A stretch of DNA of 64,000 bases, from positions 112,220,001-112,284,000 of the forward strand of contig NC_042999.1 of the NCBI RefSeq assembly GCF_006345805.1. The letters are read 5' to 3'. Made by a program: the position numbers and the translations under genes. The notes under the pieces were generated by a model, which ran no database searches, had not been told where the DNA came from, and saw only the letters and a list, made by a program, of their open reading frames with translations. How positions within the stretch are numbered: position 1 is the first letter of the stretch; each line of letters begins with the position of its first letter. Positions 51,396 through 62,646 of the stretch are shown here, in pieces. This stretch comes from Octopus sinensis (taxonomy: Eukaryota).

Positions 51396-53465
51396 TGGAG
51401 ATGTACTACAGTGTCAGCTGTTCACTACCAGTGAACTGAGGTAACACTCCTTATTTTTCGAGCGCCATCCAGAGTATTCGAGCGGTTCCAAGCAGTGCTG
51501 TTTTCTGCAGGTGCTCCACCCTTATTTGTTCCATGTACTCCTCAAGATTTTTACTCACTTTTCCCAGGGCTCCAACAATTATTGGTACTGCTACCACCTT
51601 TTTCAGTGACCACAACTGCTTAATCACCCAAGCTAACCTATCATATCTATCGACTTTTATTTCTTCCTTATTGCATACCTTGTTGTCAGCTAGGCATGCT
51701 AGATCTATGATCCAGCATAGTTTGTATTCTTTCTCAACACTATGTCTGGTTCCCTATTCTCTATCTCATGGTCGTACTGAATCATAAAATCCCATAAGAT
51801 CTTTGCATTATCATTTTCGATGAAGCCTTCGGGTTTATGCCCGTACCACTTTTGTGCTCTGTCAAATCCATACTTGTTGCAAAGTATCCAATGAACAACC
51901 CTTGCTATATTGTCATGACGTCTCATATTCTTTCTGGGTTAGTGGCATACATTGACTGGTAATATGCCATACGGTTTCACCGTTTTGTCCACAAATTCTG
52001 CACTTATCACTTTCTGATGTGTTGTCTATTCTGTATTTGATGTAATTCGTTCTTAATGCTTGCTCTTGGGCAGCAATGATTAGAGCCTCTGTTTCCGGTT
52101 TTAAATCATTTTTAGTCATCCATAGCCATTTTTTCTTCAATATCCCTATCAAATTGACCATGCATCTTCAGTATCCTTATCAAATTGACCATGCATTTTT
52201 TCTTTCTCTACCTATTTTTAGTTTCATTCATTTTCAAGTCCTTATACAGTGCTTTATCTTTGCAGTCTTCCATCCTACACAAGCTTGACCTTCTTACTTC
52301 CAATAATAGTGGTTCTGTGGTATTTTTTACACACCATACTATGTTGTTTTCTTCTGCTTTAATGCTGTGCTCGCAAACAATCATCTTCTTCCCCTCTTTT
52401 TCTTGATACATACAGTCTGTCTATGTCACTCTTTCGGTGGAGTATCTCATATCTAGTCAGCAACTTTCTTGTCTTTCTATCTAAGCTATTTTAGTTCATC
52501 TTCTCTCCACGCGATACCCCTGCTCCATATCTAAGGAGTGAAACAGCCCAGGTGTTGATAGCTTCAATCTTATTCCGTCCGTTTAATTTCGATTTAAGTA
52601 TCAGTCTCAGTCTGCGCAAGTACACCACCTTAAATTTTTCTGTCATTTCTTTCTACATCAATTTATCCATTTCCAATATCATAAGTACTTATAGCCCGTC
52701 TCTTCTATTTGCTTTATAACCACCACCACCCCGCGACGGGGGAGGTTATACATTTAATTTTGTCTATCTTCAAGACTATACATTTAATTTTGTCTATGCA
52801 TTTAATTTTGTTTCTCTTCAAGACTAATGCATAACACTTTCTCAGTCCGAACTCCATTCTGATATCAGCACTGAAAGTATACGCCGTATCAACAAGAGAA
52901 CTGACTTGAGATTCATCTTTACCATAAAGTTTGAGGTCATCCATGAATAACAAGTAGTTGACTTTTTGAATATATACCCAGCCTTTGCTTTCCTCAGAAT
53001 CAGTGTTAGTGGTATTATGCACAGTACAAAGATCAGTGGGGACAGGCAGTGCTCTTTGAAGATGCTTCTCCTGATTGCTATTGTCCCTAAACTTCTTCCA
53101 TATGCTGTCAGTTCCCTCCTCCATTTTGCTATACTTTTTCCAAGCAATCGTTCAACATTCGATTCAATACTAAATAGGCTTAGACATTCCGCAATCCAAG
53201 AATGTGGGATCAAATCGCATGCCTTACGATAATCGATCCATGACATGGCTAAGTTAGCTTTCCTCCACTTGAAGTCTCTAAATACAGTTTTGTCTACCAG
53301 GAGTTGATCCTTGGTACCTCTGCACTTACGCTTGCACCCATCCTTCTCATGTGGCAGAACTCCATTTTTTTCATGATGTCCGTACACTGACTCTGCAACT
53401 ATTCCAGTCAATAATTTCCACATAAGTGGCAAGCAAAAATATCGGCCTGTAATTATCTACTGTTT
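51396..53465 (-). mobile_element. R4-type LINE subfamily B, RT through endonuclease and 3' UTR (dead)
   Basis: [74 protein letters not shown]; frameshifted, with small internal duplications. Confidence 0.92.
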
Positions 53466-54300
53466 TCTGCAGCTGTACTAAACTGGCTTTTATGCTTATT
53501 TCCTCAATTCATCTGTTCAGATCTGTAGAGATAGTTCCCAATGCAGCTATAACTATTGGGATACATTTTACCCGCACTTTCCATATTCCCTGTAATTCAA
53601 TTAGTCCTTAATACTTCATCTTGTGCAGCTACTAAGAAACTTTCTTTCCTCTCTTCAGTTTTCCTTTCTGTAGCTATAACTATGTCTCACTACTATATGC
53701 TGAAATTATCTTTTTGGATCTACAATGCAACACCTTTTCCTGTCAGTCAGATAATTTCTGTTCTTTTCTGTTTTTTTAATTTCGTTTGGTGTCTTGATTT
53801 CCCTATGTCTTGCTGTGACTCTAGCAGCTTTTAATAAACTTTCTTCACTATTACCTACATAGGAGTCTATACCTACTCTAGCTAACTCCACGCAGTCTTC
53901 TGATATTAACCCTCTTCCGCCTTACTTTCTAGGTAAATGTAATCTTGCTACTCCTGCCCTTGGGTAGGGTCCTCCATTCATATTGAATTCCTTCCTAATG
54001 CTTCTGTCTAGCTTTGCTAATTCAGTGTTTATCCAATCTATAAAAGCTGTTGAATATGTAAGTAATGATACGGCCCAAGTATTTACAGCCTTCCCTAGAT
54101 TTGGACTATTTAGATTTAACTTAATTAGCTTCCTCACCCTTCTGATGTACTCCTCAAGTTTCGCTTTCATTTCTGTGGTTAGTATCCTGTCATATTTTAA
54201 TATACAGTTTCTCTATGATTCTGAGGTCGAAGGCCTTGCATCTTTCTTTGTGCTCTTGTGCAATAAGTTGGTATAAATGTCTTTATTTCGATTGGTAAAT
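53466..54300 (-). mobile_element. R4-type LINE subfamily C, thumb to C-terminus, deleted and fused to subfamily B
   Basis: NLGKAVNTWAVSLLTYS (ORF 53922-54170), FLVAAQDEVLRTN, IPIVIAALGTI...VQLQKT. Confidence 0.8.
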
Positions 54301-54524
54301 TTAAGTATGTTCTCTTTCGAATATATAGTCCTTAAGTCTGGTCTAAGCTTATTCTAGGATTATTGGTTCTATTTCTAAATTTCACGCTTCAATCTTCAAG
54401 TCATTATGCTAAAGTGATTTTCAAAAGCCTTCAATAGCAATTTACGATGAACACAATTGTAAGATCTGATTTCTTTCAGTTAATTAATGTTACTTTCAAT
54501 CTTTCAAACTGCTTCTATAAATTC

Positions 54525-54931
54525 TTATTTCTTTACTACCCACAAGGGGCCAAACATAGAGGGGACAAACAAGGACAGACAAAGGTATGAAGTCGATTAC
54601 ATCGACCCCAGTGCGTAACTGGCACTTAATTTAACGACCCCGAAAGGATAAAAGGCAAAGTCGACCTCGGCGGAATTTGAACTCAGAACGTAACAGCAGA
54701 CGAAATACCTATTTCTTTACTACCCACAAGGGGCTAAACACAAAGGGGACAAACAAGGACAGACAAACGGATTAAGTCGATTATATGGACCACAGTGCGT
54801 AACCGGTACTTATTTAATCGACCCCGAAAGGATGAGAGGCAAAGTCGACCTCGGCTGAATTTGAACTCACAACGTAGCAGCAGATGAAATACAGCTAAGC
54901 ATTTCGCCCGGCGTGCTAACGATTCTGCCAA
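54525..54931 (-). mobile_element. Dimeric SINE family 1, second copy
   Basis: Same monomer junction as 46657-47072 (gacgaaatac|ctatttcttt at about 54707). Confidence 0.9.
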
Positions 54932-55124
54932 GTTTATGTAGTTATGCTCTTAATGATTTCACTGTTTCCATCGCCCAACAGTTTCTATACTACGGTGCAT
55001 ATAAACTGGTAAATCCACAACGCCTTTATGTTATGATAATGAGGCGACACACACCTCCATGTATTTTGTTAATGAACGCCAAACGACTAAAATACAACCA
55101 GAACTGCAGAAAATATAGAAAGTA

Positions 55125-55379
55125 TTGGGTTGATGCATAATTAGTGCGGCTTTTTGTCAACAAATTTGATTCAACAAAAACAATAACAACATGTAACAAG
55201 AACATCTTTAAATGATTATTCCGGGGCATATTCACCATCTACTTCAATTACTGCTTCCAATTTGCTTGGCAGACGGTCAGACCGTCATTTAAAGATGTTT
55301 TTGTTAAATATTGCTATTGTTTTTGTTGAATAAAATTTGTTAGAAAAAAAAATGCCGCAATAATTATGCACCAACCCAA
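55125..55379. mobile_element. Mariner-type MITE
   Basis: TIRs ttgggttg(a/g)tgcataatta(g/t)tgcggc, TA on both sides (55123-55124 and 55380-55381), inverted arms of about 95 bp. Confidence 0.92.
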
Positions 55380-55941
55380 TATATTTGTTGCCGATCTTAC
55401 GACGTGTTTCTTTTTACACCAATCCTGCAAAGTAAATTGGTATTATAAAATTGATATCGTATCTCTTTATTAAGGTTCGACTGCTTTCAACTGTCTACAG
55501 AAATGGTGCTGTAAGCAATACTTTACGTAAATGTAAACGTAATCAGGCTGTACCTAATCATGTTTACAGAACATATTAATTAACTAGAGCACCACCATAT
55601 CGATTCTGAGATTACAATTAAAACCAATATTACGATCACATATTTAATAAATTTATTATCTTTTGTAGTCTCGCTCTGAACAGAGAAACCAGGTAAAACT
55701 TCAGTTTCAACGGCCAGGAAGAAAATTCGAATCCAATAACGATTCATTGAATGATAAGCTTTCGTCAAAGCTATCGTCAGGATTCCGATAGTTAATTATG
55801 ACGATGCTTTTAACGAAATCCAGAACTAATACATTAAAAAGATTCAATCTTCTTTGTATGTCGAGAAACATAGTTTGAACTATTGAATGGGTATTTTATT
55901 TTCACATCGAGTTTCAAAGAAATAGAATGTTCACTAAATGT

Positions 55942-55943
<2 letters not shown>

Positions 55944-55979
<36 letters not shown>

Positions 55980-57690
55980 CTAGTTTCAGCTTATGAGCTG
56001 TGGCCATGCTGGGGCACCGCCATTTGGTGTTGCTACTTGGTTTCACTTCATGGAGGCTTTCTAGCAACTGCTATTTGGTGCATGAGAGAGTTCGATGCAG
56101 CTGCCCTCATCTGCCCCTCCTGCCGTGAAGTTGGTTCATCTGGAACACCTGACAGGAAGAGATCCAGCTCCATTTTAAAGACATCTGTATCCACCCCATG
56201 CAGGTCTCTCAAGTTCTTCGGGAGGATATTGAAGAGCTGTGGGCCTCGGAAGCCCAGGCTATCACAGAATCTTGTCCTACATCTTGATGGCAGGTTTGGA
56301 GTCCTAGGCACCACGCAGTGGCGCCCAGTTCTGGCATTTGCGTAACTCTCGATGCCAAAGTTCAGGACACTTCCCTCCAGGATCTTCCAGATGTATATTA
56401 TGGCATATCTTTCCCGCCTACGCTCCAGAGAATATAATTTTAATCTCTTGAGTCTTTCCCAGTAGCTTACATTCTGCATAGAGGCTATCTTCTTTGTGTA
56501 GCTTCGTTGGATCGCCTCAAGTTCTGTGATCAACTTGACACTGGATGGTGACCATAGCTGAGAGCAATAGTCAAAGTGGCTAAGGACAAGTGTCTTCCAG
56601 AGGACCATCATGGTTTTTTGTTCTCTTGTTCTAAAGGTTCTAAGAATCCATCCAGCCAGCCGTCTACATTTCATTGTCAGTTTAGCAACATGTACATGAA
56701 AGGTCGCGTCATCACTCATGTGAATACCCAGGTCACGCACTGATTGTGCCTCTGGGATTGCAATCCCTCCGGTCCAGTGTATTCATTGGGTATTGCATTC
56801 AGTTTTGCATGCTGATAGTATAAAGCTTGAAACTTTCCAGCATTGAACTGCATGCTATTCTTTTCAGCCCACTTGTATATTTCGTCCAGCTCACATTGCA
56901 GGTGTTTAGTGTCCTCAGGGTTCTGTATTGCCTGTGAAACTTTTGTATCATCTGCATAACTTGTGATCGTAGCTCTCTGCGTGGCTGAGGGCATGTCTGA
57001 GAGGGCCATTATGAACAGTAGTGGTCCCAGAACAGTGCCCTGCGGAACACCGCTCACTATTTGTGTGTTAATGGAGGTGGCCCCATTGGCTACTACCACC
57101 TGACTTCTATCCTTCAGAAAGTCATGAAGCCATTCTCCCAGTTTTCCAACTATGTTGAGATCACGCAGTTTGTGACATATCATTCCATGATCGACTTTAT
57201 CAAAGGCCTTTGCAAAGTCGAGATATATCACTTCCACATTTGAGTGGTTGAGCAGCCGTTTCAGCACCCAGTCATAGTGTTGTAGGAGCTGAGTTAAACA
57301 GCTTCTCCCTGGTCGGAAACCATGTTGGGTGTCGGGCAGCAAGTCATTCTCTTCAAGGAAGGTGATCAGCTTCCTTCTGACTATTCGTTCCATGACCTTG
57401 CTGATGTGTGAGGTCAGAGAGATAGGTCTATAGTTCTTGGCTTCCGCTCTGCTACCTCCTTTATGAATGGGGCATATTTTACCTTCCTTCAGTTTTCCTG
57501 GAAGTTTGCCAGCTGCAAGGAAGCTCTGAAAGAGGAACTGCAGTGGTCTTGCTAGGACTCTCTTACATGCTTTTAGGAGGATTGCCGGGAATCCATCGGG
57601 GCCAGTAGCTGAGTCTGTTTTCATTTCATCTATAGCCTTGGTTACATCGTCTTCCTTTATATCGATGTAATCTATCGTCGCCGCCTCTAT
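55944..57690 (-). mobile_element. 5'-truncated CR1/L2-type LINE: RT, 3' UTR and (AATC)n tail
   Basis: ORFs 56716-57624 (NYRPISLTS, QHGFRPGRSC, YLDFAKAFDKV, GVPQGTVLGPLLF, YADD) and 56048-56740 (LYSLERRRER) joined by one frameshift; (GATT)n at 55944-55979. Confidence 0.95.
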
Positions 57691-57969
57691 ATCAAGATTA
57701 TCTAAAATTTTAATCCTATTTACGTAATGTCAGTAGTCTGGTTTTTATATATATACATACATATATACAGACATCATATATATATATTTATATTTATATT
57801 TATATTTATATTTATATATCGTATATCATCTTTCAACATAAGTCTTCTATACTGATGTAAGTTATATAGTTTGTGTCTGTATATGCACACAAAATTCAGA
57901 TGTATGTGTTTGCGTATTTATATATATACATACACACGAGCCTATGAAAATATATAAATGTATGTATAA

Positions 57970-58130
<161 letters not shown>

Positions 58131-58286
58131 GCGCGTTGTATATTTATAACTATTAATTAATAAATGTGTTCTTAAATTTAACAACACAAAAATCATTAAC
58201 TGAGAAAATGAAAATTCAAAATGTAAGTTTTTAAATTTTGCTTAATGTAGGTATGGGATGTATGTATTTAACCATGTGTAAGCATA

Positions 58287-58355
<69 letters not shown>

Positions 58356-58424
58356 TTATATATGTATATATATACATATATTTATATATGTATATAAATA
58401 TCTATGTACCTATATATCTATGTA

Positions 58425-58505
<81 letters not shown>

Positions 58506-58989
58506 CTATATATATATATATATATAATATAGCGAAAGAGATAGATAGAGAGAGCGAGAGGCGGAGGAGTCCATGTGTTAGATAAGTGTGTCCCTTTGAA
58601 TTGTGACAACTCATAGTCTTGTTTATTGATTGCTAAATAATTTAATGTACGCTGTATTTTAAAACTTTGTCTTAATTAAATTTCCTTTCCTTAAACTTAA
58701 ATAAGTTGTATTAAGTAGTACTCGAAATATATTTATAGATAATTATTTAAAGTGTCTTACATTTCACAATCTGACGTTTTCTTTTAACTTGTTAATATTA
58801 TTTTTTTACTAATATTTAGAAACAAGCCGCTGATAGCGAAAATTTGTGTCTAACGCAAAAGTGCTGATTCATAAATTTTGTAGATCATAAATATATTAAT
58901 CGTTAGACAAGTTTTATTTATTTAGAGTAATCGATTAAAGATCTTTTCTATTTTTTATTGCTTCAAAGCATATAGAATAGTATAAAATA

Positions 58990-59178
58990 CATTTCATTAC
59001 TTTCTTACTCAGTTTCTCGTACATCATATACATACATACATACATACATACATACATACATACATACATACATGCATACATACATACATACATACATACA
59101 TACATACATACATTCATACATACATACATACATACATACATACATACATACATACATACATACATACATACATACATG
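58990..59178. repeat. (TACA)n microsatellite
   Basis: Directly visible; similar tracts at 48735-48820 and 49420-49590. Confidence 0.95.
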
Positions 59179-59455
59179 CAAATGGAATATCCAAGAACTT
59201 ATTTATCGATACCGTTGTACATAGGGTAAATATGTTTGAAAGTTGTGGTTTCTTTGGTTTGTTTTTTTTTCCTAAACAACACTTATAATAGTGCTGTTTA
59301 CACCTCCGGGTCGAATGGTGCTGCTCAGGTGTCGAAACCATAACGATATCCGTGGGGCAGCTGATGATGTATGTATGTTGGATTGTTGGTATGGCTGTGG
59401 AATAGTACAATAACACATCCTTTTGAGATATATATATATATATACATACATATAT

Positions 59456-59603
59456 GGCGCAGGAGTGGCTGTGTGGTAAGTAGCTTCAGTCCCACTGCGT
59501 GGCATCTTGGGCAAGTGTCTTCTGCTATAGCCCCGGGCCGACCAATGCCTTGTGAGTGGATTTGGTAGACGGAAACTGAAAGAAGCCATCGTATATATGT
59601 ATA
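59456..59603 (+). mobile_element. SINE family 2, 5' half only
   Basis: ggcgcaggagtggctgtgtggtaag...gaaagaagccatcgtatatatg, then the sequence switches to the duplicated R4 segment. Confidence 0.85.
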
Positions 59604-61254
59604 TGTTGCAAGTATCCAATGAACAACCCTTGCTATATTGTCATGACGTCTCATATTCTTTCTGGGCTAGTGGCGTACATTGACTGGTAATATGCCATAC
59701 GGTTTCACCGTTTTGTCCACAAATTCTGCACTTATCACTTTCTGATGTGTTGTCTATTCTGTATTTGATGTAATTCGTTCTTAATGCTTGCTCTTGGGCA
59801 GCAATGATTAGAGCCTCTGTTTCCGGTTTTAAATCATTTTTAGTCATCCATAGCCATTTTTTCTTCAATATCCCTATCAAATTGACCATGCATCTTCAGT
59901 ATCCTTATCAAATTGACCATGCATTTTTTCTTTCTCTACCTATTTTTAGTTTCATTCATTTTCAAGTCCTTATACAGTGCTTTATCTTTGCAGTCTTCCA
60001 TCCTACACAAGCTTGACCTTCTTACTTCCAATAATAGTGGTTCTGTGGTATTTTTTACACACCATACTATGTTGTTTTCTTCTGCTTTAATGCTGTGCTC
60101 GCAAACAATCATCTTCTTCCCCTCTTTTTCTTGATACATACAGTCTGTCTATGTCACTCTTTCGGTGGAGTATCTCATATCTAGTCAGCAACTTTCTTGT
60201 CTTTCTATCTAAGCTATTTTAGTTCATCTTCTCTCCACGCGATACCCCTGCTCCATATCTAAGGAGTGAAACAGCCCAGGTGTTGATAGCTTCAATCTTA
60301 TTCCGTCCGTTTAATTTCGATCTAAGTATCAGTCTCAGTCTGCGCAAGTACACCACCTTAAATTTGTCTGTCATTTCTTTCTACATCAATTTATCCATTT
60401 CCAATATCATAAGTACTTATAGCCCGTCTCTTCTATTTGCTTTATAACCACCACCACCCCGCGACGGGGGAGGTTATACATTTAATTTTGTCTATCTTCA
60501 AGACTATACATTTAATTTTGTCCATACATTTAATTTTGTTTCTCTTCAAGACTAATGCATAACACTTTCTCAGTCCGAACTCCATTCTGATATCAGCACT
60601 GAAAGTATACACCGTATCAACAAGGGAACTGACTTGAGATTCATCTTTACCATAAAGTTTGAGGTCATCCATGAATAACAAGTAGTTGACTTTTTGAATA
60701 TATACCCAGCCTTTGCTTTCCTCAGAATCAGTGTTAGTGGTATTATGCACAGTACAAAGATCAGTGGGGACAGGCAGTGCTCTTTGAAGATGCTTCTCCT
60801 GATTGCTATTGTCCCTAAACTTCTTCCATATGCTGTCAGTTCCCTCCTCCATTTTGCCATACTTTTTCCAAGCAATCGTTCAACATTCGATTCAATACCA
60901 AATAGGTTTAGACATTCCGCAATCCAAGAATGTGGGATCAAATCGCATGCCTTACGATAATCGATCCATGACATGGCTAAGTTAGCTTTCCTCCACTTGA
61001 AGTCTCTAAGTACAGTTTTGTCTACAAGGAGTTGATCCTTGGTACCTCTGCACTTACGCTTGCACCCATCCTTCTCATGTGGCAGAACTCCATTTTTTTC
61101 ACGATGTCTTTACACTGACTCTGCAACTATTCCAGTCAATAATTTCCACATCAGTGGCAAGCAAAAATATCGGCCTGTAATTATCTACTGTTTTCTGCAG
61201 CTGTACTAAACTGGCTTTTATGCTTATTTCCTCAATTCATCTGTTCAGATCTGT
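59604..61254 (-). mobile_element. Duplicate of 51875-53526 (R4 subfamily B plus the B/C junction)
   Basis: Matching ORFs at offset 7728 and the same inactivating lesions; only scattered substitutions (about 15 seen by eye). Confidence 0.95.
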
Positions 61255-61269
61255 TGTATTTGCACTGAA

Positions 61270-61490
61270 TTGATTTTTTTTATTTATTAGGGTGTTGCAT
61301 CAGTATTCCTTGTTTTTAAAAGTGTGAATACCTGCTGATTCTGACATACCTTTGGTGTAAACGTCAGGACAGTGCTTCCTGCAGATAGCATTGTAAATAG
61401 TTTTGGCGACTATATCATGCCTCAGGGGTAGATAGTATCTCGTAGACATTTTGGGGCAGATGATGATATGAGTATATTTTAACACACACA
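61270..61490 (-). mobile_element. R4-type fragment, subfamily D; diverged inverted partner at about 62508-62585
   Basis: HIIICPKMSTRYYLPLRHDIVAKTIYNAI (finger end plus RHD). Confidence 0.65.
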
Positions 61491-61499
61491 TCTCTTCTT

Positions 61500-61960
61500 C
61501 TCTCTCTATCCACTTAATACTACCACTACATTCTCAAATTTTCATTCACACCACAAGACCACTTTGAATGAACAGCATATGGAATCTACGTCTCCACACT
61601 TTCTATTTATGATGAAAAAATAGGAACTCCTATTGGAATACCACGGACAGGAAGTATTTATTCCACTTCTACACACCACTTCCCTTGGATAATGGAACTG
61701 CAACTATAACATCTTTATACATTTTTATTTTTCTTTCTACATTCATTCTCCTATTTCCCTATATACTCCTTATTTGCTTCCTTTTCCAAAATAACTCCTA
61801 TATTGAACTCTAATATTTCCCTCTATTTAACCATCTTACATCGTCTCTGATGAAGGGATATCCCTAAAATCCCCAAAACAGCTATAAGACTAACTTTCTC
61901 ATTATAAATGTCCTGAAAACTCCACACACCTTTGGCTTTGTGGTCTCATTTTATTTGACA
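61500..61960 (+). mobile_element. Penelope-like 3' end and terminal repeat
   Basis: Possible GIY-YIG C-terminal remnant (LEYHGQEVFI), pyrimidine-rich spacer, then a hammerhead relic at 61843-61890. Confidence 0.55.
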
Positions 61961-62186
61961 TATACATGCCCATACAAGACCCGTATTAGACTCTTCACTC
62001 GTATCATTATCGAACCGAGAGTTTAACTACGGTCTTTCCATGGTACTTACATAGCATTACGTGCCACCTTGCATCTTCTAGATGCCTATACCTCTCGTAC
62101 CTTTGCTTCCTATATATATATATATATTTCACTTTGGGAGTTGGTTTGCACGATTCTTTATATGAGTTCGTGTGCTGAAGGATATT

Positions 62187-62454
62187 CTGTTGTGTCTGAG
62201 GAGAGTCCTTTTCTTTTTGTGCCTTATAATGTAACAGACTCACCGGTAAAATTTCCACTTATTTCTTATTTTTTATTTTCTTAAAATTTTCGTTGCGTCT
62301 TGCAACCTTTTCAATAGTCTTGACTCAAGACTATTGAAAAGGTTGCAAGACGCAACGAAATTTTAGAAAAATAAGAATAAGAACTAAGTGGAAATTTTAC
62401 CGGTGTGTTACATTATAAGGCACAAAAAGAAAATTACTCTCCCCAGACACAACA

Positions 62455-62455
<1 letters not shown>
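62187..62455. repeat. Fold-back palindrome of about 270 bp
   Basis: Centre agtcttga-c-tcaagact at 62324; arms extend to ctgttgtgtctg (62187) and cagacacaacag (62455) with small indels. Confidence 0.95.
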
Positions 62456-62511
<56 letters not shown>

Positions 62512-62590
62512 TCCCTGACGTATACATCAAAAGCATGTCAGAATCAGTAAGCATTCACACTCTAAACAAACAAGGAATACTGGTGAAACA

Positions 62591-62646
<56 letters not shown>

